A DNA stretch of 64,000 nucleotides from Basidiobolus meristosporus CBS 931.73. Lineage: Eukaryota > Fungi > Basidiobolomycota. The notes beneath the pieces are model-generated. The model saw only the letters and a list, made by a program, of their open reading frames with translations, made no database searches and was not told the origin of the DNA. The translations under genes and the position numbers were made by a program. Location of the stretch: contig MCFE01000188.1 in NCBI GenBank assembly GCA_002104905.1, positions 73,537 through 137,536 of the forward strand, in the 5' to 3' direction. This document shows positions 23,871 through 35,710 of this stretch, piece after piece (position 1 is the first letter of the stretch; each line of letters opens with the position of its first letter).

Positions 23871-26386
23871 TGATATGTGCAATGCTTCCTATGCACTCAA
23901 GTTCTCCCTAAGAGAAATAGTAATCAGAATAATGCGGGGAATTGGATAATATATATATATCACTTGCCTTGATAGTCACAAGTGCTACTAAAAACTGAAA
24001 TCAGGTTGACAAGGAAAGAAGCATGACTTAGTAACTATGTTAAAGAGCAACTAGTTGATTGAGATTTTAATCCTTTGGCAATTGTGCTTTCTGCTACTCT
24101 ACTGCTGGTTCAGTTACTGGCTGAGAGTTTGCAAGGATAGGCCAGCAAGTGGGTTTGTGTTGCTTTTGCTACCCATCTCCAACCAGCACTACCAAATATA
24201 ATATGAGCCTGCAGGCAGATACTATCCAGATGAACTATCCATATCCTTCAGGGAGGCTGTAATCATGCAAGCTGCATGGAGTTATTGACCCTCCACATGA
24301 TTTTATGATGTATTTGTGACAGTGCTTTGCTGATTTTACTGCCAAACAAAGTAAAAAATGAGTTGATGCTTAAGCAGCATTTTGACTTAATGTGCTCTAC
24401 ACTTATTTGAGCACACCTGACTGGCCAATACATCCAATTGCCTCATATAGCAAGAAACTTGACAGTGTTCTGACCACCTCATTGCAAACCTTTACTGGAA
24501 TTATAACAGCAGAGAGGGGGCCTACATCTAGCTTGGTATAATGCCAACATACCAACATACCAAGTGGTATTATCAATTACTACCTCCCCTTGCACAGTTC
24601 ATATACACCACTCTAGAGTGACCCATCTTTAGTTGCTTACACACTATTACCTAGGGTTTTCTACATATAATTGGAATCAAAAAACTAAGGCCTCCTGCTT
24701 ACTCACCTCCTCATATGCACACACTTGCTGTAATTGAAACACTTCTTTCACTATAACTTCACAGCATCTCTATATAGTGCTTGCAAAGTTGCCATATAAC
24801 TTACAATGCTGGAAACATATGCATCTTGCAAACATATGTTTGGTTGTTGCAACTATTGTCAACAATGCCTTGTGAATATCCGCAAATAGCTTGTTGGTAT
24901 TTGGCCAATATATTCTTTCTCCCTGCTAGAGTTTAATCCCCATTATAGGTGCACTCTGGCTTTTGTTAGTGTGAATACCATTTTGAAGGATGTAGAAACC
25001 GGCTTGCAGTCAGCAGAAACCTGGCATGCTTTGATAAAGCTGTCATATTAAAAATTAGTTGCATGTTGCACATAACATAACCTTGCATTACTTAACTGAT
25101 TACTCATGCATTGAGGCTGCTCAGCTTCTTAGTTCCAATGACATAGGTGTCTCCATGTGCATATCTGGCCTCAGTCTTTTCCAACTCATCCTGGTTGTCC
25201 CCCATATGCCAATTCATCACATCCATGACGGACCTCAAGGTACCATTCCTGATGAGATTGGGATATGGTAGCACCTGCAACTTGATGTGTCTTCCTATCT
25301 CTCCCTACATTCTCTCTATAGGAGACTTCCAAAAAGTGAAGCAAAGTCCAGTATTTTTCCCACACCAAGCAAGATGGAGTAGAGTATGGTTATAGGAGCA
25401 GCAGAGATCCAGGCATTCAGATTTATGTTTGTAGTATAGCCACTCAAATCATGTTGCAAACTCTTTGCACAGATGCTGTAGATGTGTCAAGTTGGCATTG
25501 GTGATTTGCTTCTGGATAAGTATTCCCATAATGTCCACCTATGACTCCCAATGCTTCCAATGTACTCTTCCTAGAAATGGCTTCAGAAGGCCACTTGAAT
25601 AAATACATATCTGGTTCATCAAGTACTAGAATTGGAATTGCTGCATATGTATATAAATACCAATTGGAGCCTGTGAGAAGTACTTTGGGCAGTAGATATT
25701 CAGTAATATCTTGCCAACTCTTTCAAGCTTCTGTAGTATCTCAAATGGCTCATTTAGCCTGAAATGCCTCAGGTAAAACTTGGTAATTAGTATAGAGATA
25801 TTGTAGAAAAGCAAATTACTCAGGATTGTACTTTCTGGCTTCATTAATATTCATCATGCCTGATAAATTTCTGTCAGTGAATATTTACTTGTATGAATAT
25901 TCTGTGTATTAATAAGTACTTTAACAATCTTACCTATACTGCAGTTTTCTCCTATACCTGACTTTCCTCTGTATTTACCTGCCAATATGCTGAATATCTT
26001 CAGATATCCAGTTGAAGACTGTATTCTCACTCTGAAATAATTACATATCTGATTGTGGAGCCTTTGCTTCCTGCTAAGCATGCCATTCCCTGGCTTCTCT
26101 TAAGCTGTGAAACATCCCAATCTCTGGCAATCCACTCCTATATAAGCTAAGTCTGCCACACATCTCTTCCCTCTACTGAGTTCTGGGCAATTCACTAAGC
26201 AGAGTACCCTGGCATGCCTATTTCCAGGATATGGCCCACTGAGCCAGATGACATTACTCTTAATGTCAGACAGTGCTTGAGACTTCACACAGTGTGCTTT
26301 GATTTTATTAAGTGTGAAGTGCCTCTGCCCATAGTAGGTCTGTTAAACCAGACTAGGAAGGTATCCCCAATACTCCTGATACAGAT

Positions 26387-26632
26387 TGTTGTATTATGAT
26401 TAGTTTGAGGCTTGTTCTATAATGTTGAGGCTAATGAACAGTATACAACAACTTCCCAGTGTGCTATAACTGAAGTAGTTTATTGGGAATTGATATACTA
26501 ATAGAAGATGTAACAGTTGGCTACTGAGTGCTCTGCATGAGATAATATTCTTGGGTGGATTGCTAGTCAGGGTCTTGAGCTTTTGTCCTTCTAAGTAGAA
26601 GTTTCTTAATCTTTGATTTGTGTGTTACAATA
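26387..26632 (+). repeat. Internally deleted LTR of the 49217 family
   Basis: 5' part matches 49222-49350 and 3' part matches 50120-50235. Confidence 0.7.
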
Positions 26633-26846
26633 CTGTTGTTGAAGAAGAGTGGCTCACAATCCATCAGTGAGCCTGCTTCTTCAGAGCTATCATTCTTAGA
26701 CATTCATGTCTATGAGACATTGCACCTGCATGAATGTAAAGTTTGATGATGACCTGCCATAGCAAGCAATATAAATAAAGCTGTGACAGCACAAATATAG
26801 GTATATGTAAGCCATTTCCCCTTTGATTTAACTCACTTACATATAT

Positions 26847-27477
26847 ATGCTGCCAAAATAAAGCAAAGTTGTCTGGTTCCCAGCCAAACCCCACAGCTGA
26901 CAGCAGCCAAAGGATGTTTGGACAACAGCTTGCTTTGACATCCAGTACAACAAGCAGAGCCACAACCAAAAAAGAAACTGTGCACAGTGTGTCCACTGAA
27001 GGGATTAATATGGAATCCTCAGGCTCTCAGTCAAGTAGGCAGTTGGGAATCTCTTCAGAACTGTTAGCTGAATTTATTACTGAGGCTGATGAGAATGTAG
27101 CAAAAGCAGTGCCCTCAGTTAATGAACAGCAAGTGGCCATCATAACATCACCACCACTTGTGTTAGCAAGTAAGTTGTCTGCTCATACCAATGCACTAAT
27201 GAGGCAACAAGGTGAAGCGGCTGATTGGATAGATGCAATGGCCCAGAGAAACCAGAAAATAGTCAAGAGAAAGGATGCATGGATAAAAGGTCTAGAGCAA
27301 TCAATATCTCAGGTAGAAAAAGCAGTATCTCCACAGCATAGAAGAAATCCTAGTAGCAAAATGTTGCAACCAAGAACTGAGCCATTCACCAATATAATAG
27401 CAGAGGCACACCATAGAGTCTCTGAAGCACAACAACAGTGCCCAAAGATAAAGCCCACAGATATATCTATAGTCTAG
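26847..27477 (+). pseudogene. ORF2 N-terminal third, longest open stretch (202 aa from 26869)
   Basis: Homologous to 13107-13740 and 55874-56485 (-). Confidence 0.65.
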
Positions 27478-27556
27478 GAGGGGGAAATATAGTGCTTATA
27501 CCAAAGCCTAAATATCAAAAGACAGTGTGTGGAGATAATGAGTGTAATGATGAAGA

Positions 27557-27926
27557 TGTTGCAATATAAGTAGTGATTTGGATATAAGGAACTGATCAAG
27601 AAATAGTGATAACAGCTGAAGTGTTGTTCATTCATAAAGAAGCTCAGTATTTATGCCTTTGTAGAAGTAATATAGCTGTAACACTAAGTAAGAAGGGTTT
27701 CTCAGCACTCCTGAGCATTCTGTAGCAGCTTCAGGGTCAGAACTTAATGTTTAGTAAAAGGCGTTAATTTGATCTTGACTATAGAGGAATGCTCATAGGA
27801 TCATGGATCTGAAGAAACTGACCAAGTTGGGGCTGTACATTAGTCCCAGAGTGACCAAGACTTGTTCAGAATTGTTAAATAGATTTTTAGCTGCCAAATG
27901 ATACCAAATAGTTCAATATTTCAGCA
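27557..27926 (-). mobile_element. Copia-B solo LTR, TSD GAAGA
   Basis: 370 bp, reverse complement of 35711-36079. GAAGA at 27552-27556 and 27927-27931. Confidence 0.9.
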
Positions 27927-28529
27927 GAAGAGTGAGCAAATATTTGAGAGGCTGTTAGAGGTCTGGCATGTCAACACCTTAAGGCTGGCATTCCAGGGGA
28001 CCATCAGAAACTCAAAGCCAAGCAGAATATGCTTGAGTTACTCCATGAGCATTATCCTGGACTCAAGCAGGCAAATGGAATTTGGGGCAGCATTGGTTTG
28101 CTGAGAAAGTTCCTCAGGAACAGCAGAAACTATCAAAGGTAGAAGAACAACAGTCAAATGGACAAGTACCAGTAGCTTCCTGAAGAGCTCCTTAAAAGCA
28201 GGGCCAAAAGCTCTAAACAAGCATGAAAGAGGCATCAGGTAGCTGGAAGAGTACCAATAAGGTAAAAGCAGGTAGACACAGATGCACCAGCACAACATCA
28301 ACCAAGGAAAAAGCTTAGTTCTAATCAAGAAGCACTTGGTCAAAGCAGCTGCGAAGGACCTGGCAGTGATAAAACAAGCTACTACCTTAGGAGCCCATCA
28401 CAGCATGAGATTACAGCTCAAAAGAAACAGAAAAGAAGAGTCAGGTTGCCTGCAGAGTGCCACAACGGGACAAGCAGGCCAAAACAGATGCATCAACGCA
28501 GCACTTTTTAAGGAAATTACATAGTTCAG

Positions 28530-28897
28530 TATTGAAATATTGGACTATTTGTTACCATTCAGCGGCTAAAAATCTACCTAACAACTCTAGACAAGTCTTG
28601 GTCAATGCAGCACTAGCCTACAGCCCTAACTTTGCCAGTTTCTTCAGATCTATGAACCTATGAGCTTTCCCCTATAGTCAAGATCAAATTAACACCTTTT
28701 ACTAAACATTAAGTACTAACCCTGAAACTACTACAGAATGCTCATGAGTGCTGAGAAACCCTTTACTTAGCGATGCAGCTGTATTATCTCTACAAAGGTA
28801 TAAATACTTAGCTTCTTTATGAATAAACAACAGTCCAGCTACTATCACTATTTCTTGATAAGTTCCTTTTATCCAAATCCCTTCTTAAATTGCAACA
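28530..28897 (+). mobile_element. Copia-B solo LTR, TSD TTCAG/TTCAA
   Basis: 368 bp, homologous to 35711-36079. Flanking 5-mers differ at one base. Confidence 0.85.
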
Positions 28898-29629
28898 TTC
28901 AATACAGGAGGCACTCAGAAAGAGTAGGAGTAGAAGAACTGGCAGCAATAAAGGGAAAGGTAATGGGGAAAAAGTCTACCCAAGCCTGAAACAGGGAAAC
29001 ATGCAAAAAAACAGCAGCTCTTGCCAATCAATGCTGTAAGCCTTTTAAGTTTTAATGGAAATAAATCAATTTGTACGCATAAAAGGAAGAGAAACAATTG
29101 AGTCAGGTGATAAGCAGTGTGAAAAAGAGGTTATAGCCAATCAATGCGCACAACTATAGGAGGTGATGAAGTGTCTGGGATCCAAAAGTGAGAAAATTAG
29201 AAGAGAACCAATCAAAAGCCACTTTTGTATTGATGTGATGGGAAAATGTTATCATGTGTATTATGATATTAGGGGTGCAATTATTTTTTGACAGTCTTCA
29301 CGCCGCATCCTGATGGAATCAATACCTCTTAGTCATGGGACTTGGAATCTTTGATGGCCTTTTGACAGGATCATCACAATAATCTCTCATAGTGCATTGC
29401 TATCAGCTGAAAATGAAAGCTTCTGGAACTTTTGTTGTCAGGATAGGTGGGATGAAACTTTGTAGGGCCATAGTTCCTGTAGCAACAGAGAAGTTCAAAA
29501 AGGAATCTCCTAGAGTGGCTTTGAGTAGATGGTCCATGGTACTTGGTATAGTTCCCCTCTAATGTGTCAGAAGGAAATCTATTTGTAATGAGGAGAATGA
29601 CGTAAAAAACCATTCAGATGAGTAAGCTA

Positions 29630-30500
29630 TGTTAAAATAGATAGGTGATTGTGTAGATGTAATTTGAACTAATTTGGCTCAACCTGCTTAATTTATTCAA
29701 TTCTCCGTGAGTTTCAATTAAATCTCCATCAATTATCATGGATCCCACATTTCTATGACCAAAATCTTCAGTAAACAATGGCTTGGTCATTTTGTTGATG
29801 ATTTACTCTGAAGCCTATAGTCTGGTAGGCAATCTGCAACTAATGGGATCTGATCTGTGTCAATGAAATCTGATAAAAGGAAAACTCAACACTCACATTA
29901 GTATGCATATATTTTTGTATTGGACCAAGTTGATAGCAATAAGCTACTGTATGAGTATTCAAATCTGCCACTATGATTGCTATGCCAAGTTTCAATTCAT
30001 TTTTAGTGCAACTAGCATAGACTGCACTGGTAAAGACAATCTATGATCTGCTTGGGTTTGAGAAAATGACTTAGTATGGCCCAAGTGTCTATGCAAGCCT
30101 TCATACAGATATTTGGGCACTACTCATTCATCCAGCAGTACTGGATGCCATGAAGGGTCCAATAGATTGGTGAACTTGAGTAGAAGGCTGTGGCACAAGT
30201 TCTATATAAAGGTGCCTGCAGATGTGTATAGTAAGATATATCACAAGACAAGTATTGAGGTTAAGAATGAGCTGCAAGTGAGGGGATCTGTTCAGGAAGC
30301 TGCGTGCAAAAAATTCTGTAAGTAATTTGCATAGCACAGACAAGACGCATCCTTTTGGGTCTCAACTTTGGGAACCAAGCAGATTTTGAATTAGTTTTTG
30401 CCTCAAATGATTAACATAATACAATATATATTAGTGGTAGCATGTAGCTTGGAAGAGCAATATATACTGGACTCATCAAGGCAACATTTTCAAGGTATCA
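29630..30500 (+). pseudogene. Decayed unknown coding sequence, left arm of an inverted pair
   Basis: Translates in pieces to peptides homologous to the minus strand of 31380-32310. Confidence 0.5.
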
Positions 30501-31379
30501 GATAGATAGTGAGTGAATACATTGAGGAAACAAATGGTGAGCATCAAGAGAAAGAATACTGAATGTGGGCAACTGCATCCAGATAGTGCCAGACAGTGTA
30601 GAGCTATTAAATTACTTTATTGTCAATACCTTTGGGAATTTAGGAAGATCATGTATTTCAGACATTGCAATTATGTCAATATGATAGACTCGTTTGAATC
30701 ATACTGTGTCAGGGTGTGTGGCACAACCAGCAGTTGCAAAGAACTATTGGGCATGGCATTGTAGCTACCAGAAGGCAGGATCTCTTGTGGACAATTTTGC
30801 ACTATGTGCAACAATCATGCACACTATGACACAATCAAGCTAAATGAGGTTGGCACAGATAATTGCGCCCACTGGTAATGTTTGCTTCAGATGTGCAATT
30901 GGATAACACAATTGTGGAAGGTAGAATTCTGTACAGGTATATGCTTCTTTGATGTAAATTGACACAAATGCATTACATACTACAAACTACACTTATACTT
31001 AACATTTTAGTTGCCATCACTGCAATTGGATGTTATGAAAATGGCAAATTGGTTGAAAAGTAACCTGAAGCTCTTAGCCCTCAATTGGCTCATTGACCAA
31101 CACAGAAGCTATCTGAGTTGCCATCAAATATATAATTTTGCCTATTGAGCGAATAAATTCCTGATCTTACTGATAGGACAAGGAGCCATAGCAAGTACAC
31201 AACCAATTGTGCAGGTAAAAATCAGATCAAATAGCTGCACAGGTTTTACTGATGAAGTACACATATGCAGGGTGTTTACTATAAGGGCTCTGTCTCAAAT
31301 GTGAAATGCCCTTGATATTACCCATATCAAAAGTTAGTGATCAATGATTTGCAATGGATTGATTCAGATACCACACTTA

Positions 31380-32310
31380 CCCTCTGTCAAACACTTTGGA
31401 ACTGTTGCCTTGATGAGTCCTCTATGTACTGCTCTTGAAAGCTACTTAACTCTGCTGATATATCATGTAGTACATTAGTCATTTGGGACAAAAGCTCATT
31501 CAAAATATCTTTGGTTCCCATCATTGAGACACAAGCAGACACATCCAGCCTGTACTGTGCAAATTGCACGTGGAACGGATTGTGCATTGCTTCCCCATCA
31601 AGTCTCTTCACTCTCAGCTCATTATTGATCTTGGTACACTTCTTGTTATTAATCTTCTTACATAAATCTGCCAGCATCTGGATGTAGAACTCATGCCACA
31701 GCTTTCTACTGAGATTGCTTCATCTCTGTAACTTGCTGAGGTATCCAGTTCTGATAGATTAATGAGCAGTGCCCATTTATCTTTCTAAAGGCTCCTGATT
31801 GACGCTTGGGCCATACAACAATCATTTGGCAAGAACTTGAACAGATCCAAGATTGACTTTTCTGGTCCCAACTGTGCTTGTGAGCTGGGTGATGGGTTTT
31901 AACTAGGTTGTACTGAAGTTGAATTATGACCTGTTATAAGGACCATAGTGATAGATTGGGACACATATACAGTATTACATTGGCATCAACCTGGTCTTCT
32001 ATGAAGTATATATGACAACAAACAATATTGCTGAATATTCCACATGTTATGTATGATGCATCTTGGATTTCATTGACACACATTAGTTCCCATTAGCTGC
32101 AGATTGCCTGTTTGATTATATGCTTTTAAGTAAATCATCAAAAAACTCACCAAGTCATTGTTTAGGATGTTTTTTGTAACATAATGATGGGATACCTGGC
32201 AATTTATGAAGATTTAATACAAATACATGAAAAATCAAATAAATTAAGCCGATTGCACCAAATTGATTCATATCACCTCTACTTGATCATGCATCAATTT
32301 TGATATGACT
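31380..32310 (-). pseudogene. Decayed unknown coding sequence, right arm of an inverted pair
   Basis: ORF 31387-31677 (NELRV..FAQYR.D.S..VS..GTK.ILN..EQYI.DSSRQ.FQ) matches the translation of 30240-30495. Confidence 0.5.
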
Positions 32311-32420
32311 TAATCATCTGAATGATTTTTCCCATCAAGCTCAATACTACCACTGATTTTCCTTTTGGCACATTAAAGGATATCTATACCTAGAATTGTG
32401 GACCATGTACCTCAATATAA

Positions 32421-32786
32421 TGTTGAAATATTGAACTATTTGGTATCATTCAGCAGCTAAAAATCTACTTAACAACTCTAGACTGGTCTTGGTCACTGTA
32501 GCACTCATTTACTGCCTTAACTTCGCCACTTTCTCCAGATATATGATCTTATGATTATTCCCCTATAGTCAGGATCAAATCAGCACTATTACCAAACATT
32601 ATGTACTAGCCCTGAAACTGTTACAGTATGCTCCTGAATATTGAGGAACCCTCCCTACTTAGTGTTACAGCTGTATTACTTCTACAAAGGTATAAGTACT
32701 GAGCTTCTTTATGAATAAACAACAGTTCAACTATTATCACTATTTCTAGATTTCCCTATATCCAAATCACTTCTTCAATTTCAACA
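32421..32786 (+). repeat. Copia-B LTR without matching TSD
   Basis: TGTTG...TCAACA, homologous to 35711-36079. Flanks are TATAA and TCTTC. Confidence 0.85.
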
Positions 32787-32799
32787 TCTTCCATGGTAG

Positions 32800-34417
32800 A
32801 TGTCATGCTCATTTTCTGTTCCCTAATGTGTCCTAGCCTCCTACGCCACGTCTCCCAGTTGGTTTCATCAGTTTCAGCAATGTTGATATACCCAGGTACA
32901 ATGATCTTGCATTGCAACTTGTATATATTGTGATCTCTGATTCCCAAAGCTAATTTTTGTCCATTTTCACTCAATATTGAGCATCTCAGCTTAGTAAAAA
33001 CAAATTTCAGTCCCTGAGTAGTTGCTTTACTGACTGAGAGTAGGTTCTTAGCTATTCCAGGTACATAGAGTACGTCAGTCAGTTTTGCTGTTGTTGCCCC
33101 TGAGTTATCACTCATATTTAGTTGTATAGACCCACTGGCGGTAGCTTCCAATGCAGAGTTATCTCCCAGATAAACCATTCTTACGGGAATAGTCTTTAAG
33201 TTGCTGAACCAATCCTTTATACCACAAATATGCTGTGAGGCTCCAGAGTCAATATACCATTCATTATTTTGGTTACTTGCACTCTCTTGTACATTTACAA
33301 ATAACTGTTCATCAGTAGTTATATGGTTTGCCTGCTCTAGTTTCTGTTTTTTGTCTGCTTGTTTCTTCTTGCATTCTCTTGCCCAGTGTCCTGGCTTTTT
33401 ACAGTAGTTACAGCAGCCAGGTTATCTTTGGTTTTGTTGCTTTCCCTTCTTTTCTGTGTGCCTTTCTGTACTGAATAAAGCATTATCTTCAATTTTCTCT
33501 GCTTGATCATTACGTCTGAGTTCTTCATGGAGAAGTCTTCCTTTGAGTTAGTATAAAGTTAAGTTGTCTTCTCTGCTTTTGAAAGGAAGTACGAGTGGCT
33601 CATACTTGTCTGGTAGGCTGCAAAGCAGACAGAGTATCTTTTCTTCATTATCTACACCAGCATTAGTACTTTGTTTCAAATAAAGCTTGCTTGATACTGA
33701 CTTTGCACTAAAGATCTTCTCTAAGGATTCCCATGCTGCATTGGCAGTATTTGAGGCATGAATTTGTCCAATGAAGGAGTCTTGCACATAGATGCATATG
33801 GCATTGAAGGCCTTTCTCTCCTTCTCTTCAAACTTCTCCACATCTTCTGCTATTCCTTTGGACTCAACTTCCTTTCCTGTTACTATGTTCCAAAGCTTTC
33901 TTTCCTCAAGGTGGATCTGCATCTTGATTCTCCAAAGTCTGTAGTACATCCCATCAAACCTCTCCTTTACAGGGAAGATGTTGGTATTGCTTTGTTTGCT
34001 GGTAGAAGTCATCTTTAGAATAGATTTAGGCAATTGGGGCTCATAACCTGTTGCAATTTAAGAAGTGATTTAGATATAACGAACTTATCAAGAAATAGTG
34101 ATAATAGTTGAACTGTTGTTTATTCATAAAGAAGCTCAGTATTTATACCTTTGTAGAAGTAATACAGCTGTAACACTAAGTAGGGAGGGTTTCTCAATAT
34201 TCAGGAGCATTCTGTAACGGTTTCAGGGTTAGTACATAATGTTTGGTAATAGTGCTAATTTGATCCTGACTATAGGGGAATAATCATAAGTTCATATATC
34301 AGGAGAAAGTGGCTACGTTTAGGCAGTAAATGAGTCCTACAGTGACTAAGACTAGTCTGGAATTGTTAAGTAAATTGTTAGCTGCTGAATGATACCAAAT
34401 AGTCCAATATTTCAACA
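32800..34417 (-). mobile_element. Copia-B 5' fragment: 5' LTR (34049-34417), PBS, gag, PR and pre-integrase
   Basis: ORFs 33548-34033 and 32756-33178 are homologous to 36116-37400. Confidence 0.9.
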
Positions 34418-35710
34418 GAAGATTCCTAGCTCAGCCTCTCTGCCAGTACAAGAGCTATTGGCCTACAAGATTTCATCCTACCATCCATGGCAACAAAAGT
34501 TTGGAAGCTTTCATTCCCAGCTGACAGTAATGGAGAACCATCTTGCAGAGAGTATGAACAGCTTAGAGCAAGCTTAGAATACTGAGTTCAGTAGCTCCCA
34601 GAGACATCCATATCCCAGAGTTTTCAGCAATAGGTTCTATATCAAAAATATGTTGGATGCCTTCCTAGTCAGTATAAACCAACCTTTTAGAGGGCAGAGG
34701 CACTTTTATTCAATGTACACTGAATATTTACTTAGCTGGACTAGAAGTCTTTATTAGATTGCAGATGGAATCCTTGACTTGTCTCCCTGAAGAAAAGCTT
34801 GGCACCAATTGCTTAACATTGTTGTAGGAGCTTCTAGCCTGAGCTTAGTGTTTATTGGCATAATATATTTCCGGAGTAATGTTCATTAGTAGCTAGTTTC
34901 TAGTGGAATTGAAGAGGTGATTTGGACTCATGGAACTAACTGAGAAGTGGTGTTAATAGTTGAGCTGTTGCTTTTTCGTAAAGTAGCTCAGTATTTATAC
35001 CTTAGTAGAAACTAAGTAAGGGGAGCTTCTGAACCTTGAAGAGCATTCTGTAGCAGCATTAGGGTTAATATATAATGCTTGGAAAATGTGCTAACTGCAC
35101 CTTGACTAAAGGAGAATAATCATACATTCATATATTTGAAAGTGCATGGTGAAGCTAGGGCTGCAAATTGGTCCTACAGTGAAAAAGACTAGTCAGAGCT
35201 GTCTGGTAACTTTTTAGTTGCTGAACTTTACTAAATACTCCAATATCTCAGCACTCCTCCTCAACTTAGTAAGTTCTTAATCCTAATATCTCTCTGAGAT
35301 TCTGAGTCTGTGGCCTAGCTAGTGGCTTTGTCAATATATCTGCCACCATTTTGTCAGTTGGGCAGTAAACTAACTCTATTAAGTTAGTTTCTATAGCTTC
35401 TCTTAAAAGTGGTGTTGTATATCTATGTGCTTAGTTCTGGCATAATCTGCAGGATTTCTTGCTAATTATGTACAACTGTGATTATCCTTTAAATCCATAT
35501 TGGCTTATTTCAACTAAAGCCAAAGTCTTTGAACAATATTCATAACCATATAGCCTCTTTGGTTGCTTGACAAGCAGCCATATACACATACACATATAAA
35601 CCTTCTGGTTGCTCCATATATATAGTTTCTTGCAGATATCCATATGGAAAGGTTGTTTTGACATCCATTTGGTGTAGATCTAGAGTGTGTACAGCTGCCA
35701 GGGCTAGAAC

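Larger units (their letters stand above)
24187..29394. mobile_element. Older CMC copy C with CACTA termini, carrying three LTR-derived insertions
   Basis: Left end CACTACCAAATATAAT is in exact register with the copy-A end (21 nt to CCTGCAGG in both). Right end ATAATCTCTCATAGTG. Transposase remnant at 24290-25850 (-), ORF2 from 26847 (+). Confidence 0.7.

Noticed and set aside
29400-29560. Repeat shared with 34420-34560, faintly like Gypsy integrase (YHP..FHxQL)
   Set aside because: The nucleotide similarity between the two is real, but the protein assignment is too weak to support.
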